NCBI GenBank assembly: GCA_903911205.1 | Contig: CAIWCL010000123.1 | Span: forward strand, 10,819 to 74,818 | Length of the DNA stretch: 64,000 nt | From: an uncultured bacterium | GTDB taxonomy: Bacteria; Planctomycetota; Phycisphaerae; Phycisphaerales; SM1A02 | Direction of reading: 5' to 3' | Shown: in pieces, positions 9,679-17,613 of the stretch | Layout of the letters: every line of letters starts with the position of its first letter | Numbering within the stretch: position 1 is the stretch's first letter | Position numbers and translations under genes: made by a program | Notes under the pieces: model-generated | Databases searched by the model: none | What the model saw: only the letters and a program-made list of their open reading frames with translations | Told to the model about the DNA's origin: nothing

Positions 9679-9726
9679 GTCGTGCGCCCAGTCGTGCGCC
9701 CAGTCGTGCGCCCAGTCGTGCGCTCA
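9679..9726. repeat. 12-bp tandem repeat x4 (gtcgtgcgccca)
   Basis: Units at 9679, 9691, 9703 and 9715. The last unit (gtcgtgcgctca) contains the stop codon of the 9724..11148 gene; the others lie in its 3' UTR before the terminator hairpin. Confidence 0.9.
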
Positions 9727-11148
9727 GACGTGCACGTTCTCGGTGGACGAGAAACCGTCGGTCGCCTCAAGTTCAATCGGACGATTCACTGCAATGCCCA
9801 TCGCGGCGGGGATCGTTTCGATTTCCGGAGCGGCAGTACCACCGAGTCGCGCGATTTCGCCGGCGAAGCTCCGGGCGAGTTCACGCGCAGGTTGCGGCGA
9901 GGCTGCTCCGCCGCCCTGGCCGAGCAGGCTCGGGTCCACACGAATCGCCGCGAAGGCGCCATCCGCGCGAGAGGCGAGTTGGCGCAACGCGTTCGAGAAT
10001 CCGCGCATGTCGACCGCGAGTTCGTCGCGAACCGTCGATGCGATGGCGTCGGCAATGGGGCGGACGCGCTCGCGATCGGTACCGGCGAGGAGATCCTTCC
10101 AAATCGCGAGTTCGTTCGCGATTTGGGCACCTGCGTCGGTGACGCCACGGAGTTCATTCGTGGCGATCATCGCTCGATCCGAGTTTTCGATCAGTTCGCC
10201 GCCGATGCGTTCGCCCTTCTCGACAAGCCAGCCAAGGTCATCGCGCATACGACGGAGTTCGCCCTGCACGACTTCACGCGCGGCAGAGACCTCGTGGACG
10301 AGTGTTCCCAGCGCTTCGCGCAAAGCACCCGCGTCGCCAGTTCGAGCGACGAGCGTTTCAATGTGTCGCTGGCTTTCCGACGTGAGTCCAGCAAGTGCCG
10401 CGGCCGCGCGTTCGGCGCGATCGACGGTCTCCGCGGTGGTCTCAAGCCGGGCGATCGCCGACTCGGTGCGTTCGAGGAATTGACCCGCGCGCGAGACGCT
10501 CTCGCCAATGCGGCCGAGCCGCGCTTCGAGTTCTCCATCGAGCCACGCAAGCTTGCCATTCGCCGCATGCTCGATCCGTTCTTCGACTTCCTTCACGCGA
10601 TCGAAGCGCCACGAGAGTTCGCGCTCGAGCCACTCAAACTTTTCCTGTGCGAGTCGATCGGCGAGCGCGTGGATCGCCTTCTCCGCGTTCTGCGCATTCG
10701 CGCGGAAGCCCTCGTCGGCGGTGCGCACGGTGGCCTCAACGCGCGTGGCGACACCTTCGCCGCGCTCCACTTGCACGTCGAATGCCTGCAGCATCCGAAC
10801 TCCGATGCGGAGTCGCTCATCAAGATCAGCGATGGATTTCGCCGCGCGTTCGCTCGTGAGTTTCTCATCGGCAAGGCGTGACTCGAGGTGCGAGATCAGC
10901 GTCTCGGCGCGCGCGACGAGTTCGGAGAGTCGTGCTGGACCGCCCGCAGGAGTGGAGGTTGCGCGCGGAGCGGCCACGGAGAGGGGCGCGGTTGGCGCTG
11001 ATCCGTCGACCGCGATCGTCGCAAAGCCGAACGCACCTGAGAGCGGCACGGCGTTTGGCGCCATCGGCGTCGGTACCTGGCCGAACGGAAACGGGGAGGG
11101 GGAATTCGATGAAGTGTTGTTCTGTTCGAGCATGTCCTTCGCTCGCAA
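9724..11148 (-). CDS. hypothetical coiled-coil protein
   Basis: 474-aa ORF with a P/S/A-rich N-terminus followed by long heptad-like, E/R/A/L-rich helical sequence. No catalytic motif recognised. Coding is inferred from length, frame and composition only. Confidence 0.6.
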   Translation of the reverse strand: MRAKDMLEQNNTSSNSPSPFPFGQVPTPMAPNAVPLSGAFGFATIAVDGSAPTAPLSVAAPRATSTPAGGPARLSELVARAETLISHLESRLADEKLTSERAAKSIADLDERLRIGVRMLQAFDVQVERGEGVATRVEATVRTADEGFRANAQNAEKAIHALADRLAQEKFEWLERELSWRFDRVKEVEERIEHAANGKLAWLDGELEARLGRIGESVSRAGQFLERTESAIARLETTAETVDRAERAAAALAGLTSESQRHIETLVARTGDAGALREALGTLVHEVSAAREVVQGELRRMRDDLGWLVEKGERIGGELIENSDRAMIATNELRGVTDAGAQIANELAIWKDLLAGTDRERVRPIADAIASTVRDELAVDMRGFSNALRQLASRADGAFAAIRVDPSLLGQGGGAASPQPARELARSFAGEIARLGGTAAPEIETIPAAMGIAVNRPIELEATDGFSSTENVHV

Positions 11149-11307
11149 AAGGCGTCCTGCCTAGATCTCTGGAACGATGCGGAGAGCGACGTTGCCCGGC
11201 GCAGCCGGACAACCGCCCAACGTCGTGGTCTGTTTCGGCAAGATAGACCGAGAACCGCGAAAGTTGTGGATGGAACCGCCCGTCTGCACAGACTTTGTGC
11301 AGCGCGG

Positions 11308-13545
11308 TCAGCGTTTCGACGGAGTTTCGACGCCGAGTCCCGATGGTGGAGTCGCGACAGGTTTCGGCGCGGCGTCTGGTACGGCCGTCTCATTCGGCTG
11401 TGTTGGCACCGCGTCGGCTTCTTCTTTGCTCGTGACCTTCGTGACCTTCGGGACCTTCGGGACCTCTGTGACCTTCGAGTCTCGATCGACGAAAAGCGCG
11501 TCGCGGCCGAGCCCCTCGCTCGGCAGGTCTTCGCCGGTCGCGATCGTGACATCGTTCGAGCGCCCGTCCGGGTACGAATCAACGCCCGCGAGGTCGAAGA
11601 GGAGCCCGAGCGAAGCAAGACTCGTCGTCGAGAAGTGGTAATCGTTGCTCGAGGCCGCGCCGAGGGTCGCGCCGCCGCCGACGTAGCGATCCGTGCCGGC
11701 GCGATCGATGGCGAGACCGATCGCTTGGTTGGCTGCTGCGCCGAGAGAAAGGCTGTCGACGTGGTACTCGTCATCACCCGCGTGATCGACGAAAACCGCG
11801 AGGGTCTCATCCCACGCACCGCCAACGTGTGCGGCGGTCCGACCACGGTAACGGTCGTTGCCCGCGCCGTCAATAAAGACGCCAACGGCTTGATGTGCTG
11901 AGCCTCCGAGACCGTAGCGGTCGCACTCAGCCTTGTCGTCGCCGGCGCGATCGAGCAATGCACCGAGACCGAGGAAGTAGCCGCAGCCTTGCGAGAACTC
12001 GCCACTCTTTCGTTGATCGTTGCCAGCGAGATCGGCGAAGAGCCCAACGCCACCGGCAGCGGAGAGTCGGAACCCGAAACCGAATCCGAGCCCGAAGCCT
12101 GCTTTTTCGCCCGCAACGCCGTACACCGATGGTCGCATTCCGAGATTTGCGACATCATCGCCTGCGACATCGACAATGGCGCCAACACCAACAGGCCCGC
12201 CCACGCCAAGCGACATTCCTTCGCCATTCCACGAGTCGTTGCCCGCGAGGTCGAGGAGTACCGCCGCACCGCCAGCAGCCGCGCCGAGACTCCACGCACC
12301 GCCGCGATAGTGGTCGTCGCCTGCACGATCGACGATCAGGGAAAGGCCAAGTGCGGCACCTGCCGTGAGCGCGCCGCCTTCGTAGCGGTCATTGCCCGCG
12401 AAATCATCGATGACCGCCACGCCACCAACGGCTGCAGCAGGCCCGGCTGCGCCATCCGGCGAGGAGTGCACATCGTTTCCGGCAAGATCGACGACGAGCC
12501 GATGCGTGCCCGCTTCGACGCCCCAGCGATATCGATCGTCGCCTGCCACATCGAAGACGCCCGCAACCCGCGTGAGGTCGTACGTGTTGGCACCGGGGCC
12601 GCCCACGACGATCCAACCGAGTTCAGGAACGTGGCTCACATTCAGCACTTCACCTTCAACGGCACCTTTGAGTTCGTCCGGCAGTTCCGCTCGCTCGCTC
12701 GCGGCGAGGTCGGGCGTGATTTCTGGGATGACGTCGAAGTGCGCGATCATCTGTGCAGCTTCGGACGGCGTGAGCGCGGGAAGTCCGAGCATCGCCTCGC
12801 GCTCCGCGTCGGCACCCTCGCCATCCACCCGGAGATTGTCGAGTCGTCGTTCGACGAGTGCACGCAGCATGGGATGCTTCGCCTGTTCGACGGAAACCTC
12901 GGTCGTATGGCGGAGCCGCGAGGGGTTCAGAAGGAAATCGATGAACCAGATGCACGCGTCGGTGTGCTGGATCTGAAATCGTCCTTGCGCGGGTGGGAGT
13001 TCGAGTGCGGGTTCTCCTGCGAGGCGGGCGACGAGTTCGGCCATCGCGCGATAGGGCGCGGCTCGAAAGGCGTCTGCGGCCGGCACCGCGCGGTCGATCA
13101 TGTCCGCCGTTCGGTCGGGATGGGCGAGCGCCGCGCGCAGAAGCAGGGGAGTTGTTGGGTCGCGATATCGCTCAGGAATTCGAGCGAGCGCTTCGAGCAG
13201 TCGCTCGCTTCGCGCGCGTGCACTTGGCCCGAGCATCGCCAACGCGGTACGGCAGCCGTCGCCAAGAGCGGGGTCGCTGGCCGCACGGAGAAGCTGAGCA
13301 GGATCGATCGACGGAGTGAGTGGCGCGAGGTCTGCGCGGAGGAGAAGGCTCGCGGGCGCGGTGCGCGGCGCGGGAGGCGCGACCACCTTGCTGTCAGTGC
13401 GTGTGCCAGTGCCCGTTGATTGCTCGGCTGCGTACGCAAACGTCGAGGCGGTGCCGACGAACGCGAGGGCGGGAGCGAGTCGGCGCGCGAGTGCGCCGAG
13501 ACCGGAAATGCCTTTGGGCTCGCGACGCACACAGACGGGCTTCAT
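11308..13545 (-). CDS. secreted repeat protein with about 12 copies of a [hydrophobic]-D-x-A-G-[ND]-D-x-Y module (beta-helix-like); function unknown
   Basis: Signal-like N-terminus (LAPALAFVGTASTFAYAAEQ) and a ~300-aa helical domain. Then repeats such as VFDVAGDDRY, VVDLAGNDVH, IDDFAGNDRY, IVDRAGDDHY, LLDLAGNDSW, IVDVAGDDVA, FADLAGNDQR, LLDRAGDDKA, FIDGAGNDRY, FVDHAGDDEY, AIDRAGTDRY and LFDLAGVDSY, spaced ~20-30 aa apart. The C-terminal tail is K/V/P/T-rich. ATGA overlap with the rluB stop. Confidence 0.7.
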   Translation of the reverse strand: MKPVCVRREPKGISGLGALARRLAPALAFVGTASTFAYAAEQSTGTGTRTDSKVVAPPAPRTAPASLLLRADLAPLTPSIDPAQLLRAASDPALGDGCRTALAMLGPSARARSERLLEALARIPERYRDPTTPLLLRAALAHPDRTADMIDRAVPAADAFRAAPYRAMAELVARLAGEPALELPPAQGRFQIQHTDACIWFIDFLLNPSRLRHTTEVSVEQAKHPMLRALVERRLDNLRVDGEGADAEREAMLGLPALTPSEAAQMIAHFDVIPEITPDLAASERAELPDELKGAVEGEVLNVSHVPELGWIVVGGPGANTYDLTRVAGVFDVAGDDRYRWGVEAGTHRLVVDLAGNDVHSSPDGAAGPAAAVGGVAVIDDFAGNDRYEGGALTAGAALGLSLIVDRAGDDHYRGGAWSLGAAAGGAAVLLDLAGNDSWNGEGMSLGVGGPVGVGAIVDVAGDDVANLGMRPSVYGVAGEKAGFGLGFGFGFRLSAAGGVGLFADLAGNDQRKSGEFSQGCGYFLGLGALLDRAGDDKAECDRYGLGGSAHQAVGVFIDGAGNDRYRGRTAAHVGGAWDETLAVFVDHAGDDEYHVDSLSLGAAANQAIGLAIDRAGTDRYVGGGATLGAASSNDYHFSTTSLASLGLLFDLAGVDSYPDGRSNDVTIATGEDLPSEGLGRDALFVDRDSKVTEVPKVPKVTKVTSKEEADAVPTQPNETAVPDAAPKPVATPPSGLGVETPSKR

Positions 13546-15203
13546 CGTGGACGTCCCTTTCCACGGGATGCGCCGCCACGCGATGCGCCACCGCGGGATG
13601 CGCCGCCACGGGATGCGCCGCCACGCGATGCGCCACCACGTGAAGCACCTCCACGCGAAGCACCTCCACGGGATGCACCGCCACGCGAAGCACCTCCACG
13701 CGATGCACCGCCACGTGAAGCACCTCCACGTGAAGCACCGCCACGGGATTCGCCGCCGCGCGATGCGCCACCACGGGATGCGCCACCGCGCGATGCGCCG
13801 CCACGGGATGCGCCACCGCGGGATGATTCATCGCGCGACGCATTACCCCGGGGCTGTGATCCCGAGGTCGGTGATCTCCGCGACGGAGAGGACCCAAATT
13901 GGGAACTACGGGATGGTGGCGACCACGTGCCGCCTCGTGAGTCGCGGGTTGTTGGCGAACTCAGCGAGGACTTTGGCGAGGACTTTGGTGAGGACTTTGG
14001 CGAGGGTGAGAACGTCGCGCTCGGCTTCGTGCCAAACCTTGATGCAGGTTTGGATGCAGGTTTCGACGTGGGTTTCGACGTGGGTTTCGACGTAGTTTTC
14101 GACGTGGGTTTCCCCGCAGGCTTCGCCGACGGCGCACGATCGGAGCGCGACGCGGTGGTCGCTTTCACAAACGGCTTCGGTGCGAACTTCGCGCTGAGTC
14201 GCGCCGTGCGCTCCGGACGCGCGAACTCCACAGGCGCGGCGCTCTCTCGGCCTCGGGCGGAGGTCGCGTCGGATGGAACGCTCACTGCTTCTGGCTGCGC
14301 GAGTGATGCCGCGCGCGCTTCACGTGCGACGGCGAACTCTTCCATCGACCGCTTTGGCGTCTTCGGTTGCAGTGCCTTCCCCGCGCTTTCGTGTCGCGAT
14401 GCGCGACGCAAGAGATCAAGTTCCTTTGAAGTGAGATCGCGCCATTCGCCGACCGCGAGGCCTTTGAGTTTGAGTGGTCCGAAACTCGTGCGGCGGAGTT
14501 TCTTCACGGGATGCCCGAGTTCGAGCATCAGCGGCCGAATCTGCAGGTTGCGGTGTTCGCAGAGTTCAAGGTGCACCACCGTTTTCTCGCGGTCACGATT
14601 GATAAGTCGCAGTGAACTCGAACCGCCGTCGCGTGCGACACGGGCGTACTTGTCGCGGGCGAAGATCTCGCGCTCCATGCGCGCGATCTCGGTTTCACCG
14701 AGGCTGCCGTCAAGCGTGACGTCGTAGCCCTTCGGAACCTCATAGCGGGGATGGCTCAGTCGATTCGCAAACTCACCATCGTTGGTGAGTACGAGAAGCC
14801 CGGACGTGTCGAGGTCGAGCCGCCCAACGCAATAGAGGCGTGCGCGTGAGGGATGTTGCACAAGATCGATCGCGCGCGGGCGCCCCTCGGGGTCGCTGTT
14901 CGTGCAGACCGTGCCTCTCGGCTTGAAGAGCATGACGTAGACGTGCTCCTCCGACTTTCGCAGCGGACGGCCATAGACCTCGATCCGGTCTGTTGCCGGA
15001 TTGACCCAGGCCGGCAACGTATCGACGACGTGCGCGTTGACGGTCACCGCACCCGAGAGGATGAGTTCCTCGCACTCGCGCCGAGCCGCGACGCCCGCGT
15101 CTGCGAGCACTTTCTGAAGCCGCACGCCTCGGTTCTTGTCTGCGAATCCGTGCGTCTGCGACTTGCCGCGTGGTTTCCGGCCGCTATTTCGATTGCCATC
15201 CAT
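13542..15203 (-). CDS. rluB: 23S rRNA pseudouridine synthase, RluB/RsuA family, with a long low-complexity C-terminal tail
   Basis: S4 domain (VRLQKVLADAGVAARRECEELILSGAVTVN), catalytic motif VGRLDLDTSGLLVLTNDGEFANRLSHPRY, and HLELCEHRNLQIRPLM. Start chosen at MDGNRNSGRKPRG (15203); the track ORF runs to 15602. Confidence 0.85.
   Translation of the reverse strand: MDGNRNSGRKPRGKSQTHGFADKNRGVRLQKVLADAGVAARRECEELILSGAVTVNAHVVDTLPAWVNPATDRIEVYGRPLRKSEEHVYVMLFKPRGTVCTNSDPEGRPRAIDLVQHPSRARLYCVGRLDLDTSGLLVLTNDGEFANRLSHPRYEVPKGYDVTLDGSLGETEIARMEREIFARDKYARVARDGGSSSLRLINRDREKTVVHLELCEHRNLQIRPLMLELGHPVKKLRRTSFGPLKLKGLAVGEWRDLTSKELDLLRRASRHESAGKALQPKTPKRSMEEFAVAREARAASLAQPEAVSVPSDATSARGRESAAPVEFARPERTARLSAKFAPKPFVKATTASRSDRAPSAKPAGKPTSKTTSKPTSKPTSKPASKPASRFGTKPSATFSPSPKSSPKSSPKSSLSSPTTRDSRGGTWSPPSRSSQFGSSPSRRSPTSGSQPRGNASRDESSRGGASRGGASRGGASRGGASRGGESRGGASRGGASRGGASRGGASRGGASRGGASRGGASRGGASRGGASRGGASRGGASRGGASRGKGRPR
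13563..13817 (-). repeat. in-frame 15-bp repeat x17 encoding (GGASR)n at the RluB C-terminus
   Basis: 17 consecutive 15-nt units counted directly from the DNA, one of which encodes GGESR. Units differ at synonymous positions (Ser TCC/TCG/TCA, Ala GCA/GCT, Gly GGC/GGT/GGA). Confidence 0.9.
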
Positions 15204-15239
15204 CGCGGCAGTGTACGGCCGGGCCGCTATCCTGCCGGA

Positions 15240-15485
15240 ATGCCGATCTACGAGTACGAAGCTGTTGAGGACGGAGAGGTCATCGAACTGTTGCGTCCGA
15301 TGAAGGATGCAGACGCCCCGATCGAGGACCCCGCTGGGCGCGGTCGCAAGTTCCGTCGCCGTCTCTCCGTCTTTGGAGTGAGCGGTGCGGCGACGGGCGA
15401 GTCGAGTCCATCCTCGGGTGGGGGTCACGTCCATTCCGCAGGCTGCGGCTGTGGAAAGCCGATGGGCAGTTGTGGGCTCGGTTAA
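15240..15485 (+). CDS. FmdB-family small protein (zinc-ribbon regulatory family), N-terminal cysteines absent
   Basis: Starts MPIYEYEA, the hallmark FmdB N-terminus. Ends in a G/S/C-rich tail (SSGGGHVHSAGCGCGKPMGSCGLG) typical of the family. Divergent from rluB across a 36-bp gap. Confidence 0.6.
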   Translation: MPIYEYEAVEDGEVIELLRPMKDADAPIEDPAGRGRKFRRRLSVFGVSGAATGESSPSSGGGHVHSAGCGCGKPMGSCGLG

Positions 15486-15548
15486 ACCCCGAGCGCGAAT
15501 CATCCGGCGACCACACGGCGCCATCACGAAACGAACTGAAAGAGTTGT

Positions 15549-16376
15549 ATGAAGCACGCGAGCCAAGCCGCCGCGGTCGCCGCCGGCGCGACCATCATTC
15601 ATGGAGTTGATTTTTCGGGGGCCGATGGCGGCGGTGCTGCGAAAATTCGCATCGCTGAACGCGAATTGGTGTCACGAAGCGCGGTGGCGATTCGACCGCG
15701 CGTCGATCGAAATGGTCTCCGCAAGGCGATCCTTGCGAGCCAAGAGGATGGTCGTCGACACATCTGGCGGATTGATGCGCCCTTCGGCTTGCCGATCGAG
15801 TGTTTCTCTGAGGCGCGCCCGGAGGGGCTCGAAGGCGATCTCACGTGGATGAAAATCGCGTCGTGGATGGAGACCTTTCCAAACGCGCGCGCGTGGCGCG
15901 GCGCGATGCGTGAGCTCTCGCGTCGTGAGCCGAAGCGTGCATGTGACCGTGCGCTCTCAACGCCGATGGCGCCGATGAATCTCCGCGTCTTCAAGCAGAC
16001 GTACACGCTGATCACGGAGATTTTGCTGCCGCTCGCTCGCGACGGCGTTGCGATCGACCCGGTGACGATTCCCGAAGGTGCGGCAACTCCCGAAGTACGC
16101 GTCTGCGAAGGGTGTCCCGCGAGCGTGTTGCGTCACCTCGGTTGGCCCCACAAGGGCTACAAAGGCGGCGGCGAACCACCGCGGCGGCTCCGAGAGGATC
16201 TCGTGCGGTTGCTCCGCAAGGACGGCCTTGAAATCGCTTCGGAAACCGCCGTGGAAGCGATCCATGACGAAGAAGGTGATCTTCTTGACGCGCTGATCCT
16301 GACGACGCCGCTGATTGAGGGCACGATGCCCGCGGAACTCGCCGCGCAGGCGCGTATCGAGGCGTGGGTCTTCTAA
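15549..16376 (+). CDS. hypothetical protein, possibly DUF429-like (RNase H-fold)
   Basis: 275-aa ORF with IIHGVDFSGA near the N-terminus and EEGDLLDALILT near the C-terminus, an acidic-residue pattern reminiscent of DUF429. The functional assignment is weak. Confidence 0.5.
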   Translation: MKHASQAAAVAAGATIIHGVDFSGADGGGAAKIRIAERELVSRSAVAIRPRVDRNGLRKAILASQEDGRRHIWRIDAPFGLPIECFSEARPEGLEGDLTWMKIASWMETFPNARAWRGAMRELSRREPKRACDRALSTPMAPMNLRVFKQTYTLITEILLPLARDGVAIDPVTIPEGAATPEVRVCEGCPASVLRHLGWPHKGYKGGGEPPRRLREDLVRLLRKDGLEIASETAVEAIHDEEGDLLDALILTTPLIEGTMPAELAAQARIEAWVF

Positions 16377-16408
16377 GGCGTGGGTCTTCTAAGGCGTGGG
16401 TCTTCTCA
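16361..16408. repeat. 16-bp tandem repeat x3 (ggcgtgggtcttctaa) spanning a stop codon
   Basis: Units at 16361, 16377 and 16393. The first holds the last codons and the TAA stop of the 15549..16376 gene. Confidence 0.9.
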
Positions 16409-16468
16409 AACGGGCCTTGCGACTGGTCACCCAGCGGCATCAGAGAATCCAAGTGACAAGGAGCACGC

Positions 16469-17224
16469 ATGGGTGCACACGATGAACCACGCACAGGCGT
16501 ACTCACTGCGGGAATCCCCGAAGAGACGCTCGCGCAGACGCTTCGTATCAACGAGCTCTTCTATTCGATCCAGGGTGAATCGACCTGGGCCGGATGTCCG
16601 TGTTTCTTCGTTCGGCTCACCGGTTGCCCGCTGCGCTGCCATTACTGCGACACCGAGTACGCATTTCGAGAAGGCGCGCCGCGCACATTCGCCGAGATTC
16701 TGGCGGAGATTGAGCGCTCCGGTGCTCGACTTGTGGAGCTCACCGGCGGAGAGCCACTCGCACAGAGGCGCGTGTTCGATCTCATCCAGATTCTCTGCGA
16801 GCGCGGGATCACCGTACTCATCGAAACGTCGGGCTCGATCGACATCACGCCCTGCCATCCCGCGGCGATTCGGATTCTTGATCTGAAGACGCCCGGATCG
16901 GGCGAGTGCGCTCGGAATCTCCTCTCGAATCTCGAAGACCTTCGTTCGCATGACGAAGTCAAGTTCGTGATCACCGACCGGGTGGACTACGAGTGGGCGC
17001 GGAGCATGATGATCGAACATCGGCTCGCGGAGCGCTGCCGCGCGGTGTTGATGAGTCCTGCGTTTCCGCAGAAGAAGGGGCTTGAAATCCTGGGTTGCCC
17101 GGGGCTTGATCCGCGCGTGCTTGCGGAGTGGATCCTTGCGGACAACCGTATGAACAGCCCCGTGGTGCGACAACAAACCCAACTTCACAAACTGATTTGG
17201 GACCCGGGCACGCGCGGGGTGTGA
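16469..17224 (+). CDS. queE: 7-carboxy-7-deazaguanine synthase (radical SAM)
   Basis: INELFYSIQGESTWAGCPCFFVRLTGCPLRCHYCDTEYAF (QueE CxxxCxxC cluster context). AAGGAG lies 6 nt upstream of the ATG. Confidence 0.9.
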   Translation: MGAHDEPRTGVLTAGIPEETLAQTLRINELFYSIQGESTWAGCPCFFVRLTGCPLRCHYCDTEYAFREGAPRTFAEILAEIERSGARLVELTGGEPLAQRRVFDLIQILCERGITVLIETSGSIDITPCHPAAIRILDLKTPGSGECARNLLSNLEDLRSHDEVKFVITDRVDYEWARSMMIEHRLAERCRAVLMSPAFPQKKGLEILGCPGLDPRVLAEWILADNRMNSPVVRQQTQLHKLIWDPGTRGV

Positions 17225-17353
17225 CGTACGTGACGAAGGTGCGTTCGCGGCTTGAGGTTCGCATCTTGATGTTGGCATCTTGCGGCGCGCCCCTCGTGCA
17301 CGAGAGAGCGCGGGAAAAACACAACCCGGCCGCGTGAGCGACCGGGTCGTGAA

Positions 17354-17437
17354 TGCCCAGAAGAGGACTCGAACCTCCAAGGTTGTTACACCACCAGCAC
17401 CTCAAGCTGGCGCGTCTGCCAATTCCGCCACCTGGGC
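17354..17437 (-). tRNA. tRNA-Leu (anticodon GAG), long variable arm, CCA not encoded
   Basis: Reverse complement: GCCCAGGTGGCGGAATTGGCAGACGCGCCAGCTTGAGGTGCTGGTGGTGTAACAACCTTGGAGGTTCGAGTCCTCTTCTGGGCA. 7-bp acceptor stem (one G-U) with discriminator A. Anticodon stem CCAGC/GCTGG with loop TTGAGGT. T-loop TTCGAGT. Confidence 0.9.
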
Positions 17438-17550
17438 AGGTGGTCCCGACCGACGCGAGTCGTTGGGGGACGGAGAAGATAGCCGATGGTTTGGCACTCG
17501 GCAAGCCCGTTTCGTCGGGCAGTTTCGCGGACAGAAATCTTGATGGTGAT

Positions 17551-17589
17551 CTGAGAAAAAGAACGCCGGGCCTGTTTCCAGGCCCGGCG
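17551..17589 (-). terminator. intrinsic terminator downstream of the metalloprotease gene
   Basis: Perfect 11-bp stem (17564..17574 pairs with 17579..17589) with a 4-nt loop. On the minus strand it is followed by TTCTTTTTCTC. Confidence 0.65.
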
Positions 17590-17613
17590 GGGTAAGAACT
17601 CTTCAGACCAGAA

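Noticed and set aside
10896-13419. Two 476-aa ORFs (10896..12326 minus, 11989..13419 plus) overlapping the repeat-protein gene
   Set aside because: They are alternate-frame or antisense readings of 11308..13545. Their translations are S/R/T/A low-complexity without periodic structure. The chosen frame has a signal peptide and a regular AGNDxY repeat.
13420-14727. 435-aa plus-strand ORF with striking (DAPPR)n repeats
   Set aside because: It is the antisense reading of the RluB (GGASR)n tail and body. The minus-strand frame carries the pseudouridine synthase catalytic motifs, so the plus-strand ORF is a mirror artefact.
16409-16468. preQ1 riboswitch upstream of queE
   Set aside because: The 60-nt leader lacks the conserved preQ1-I/II loop sequences I could recall. 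Only a plain AAGGAG ribosome-binding site is evident.
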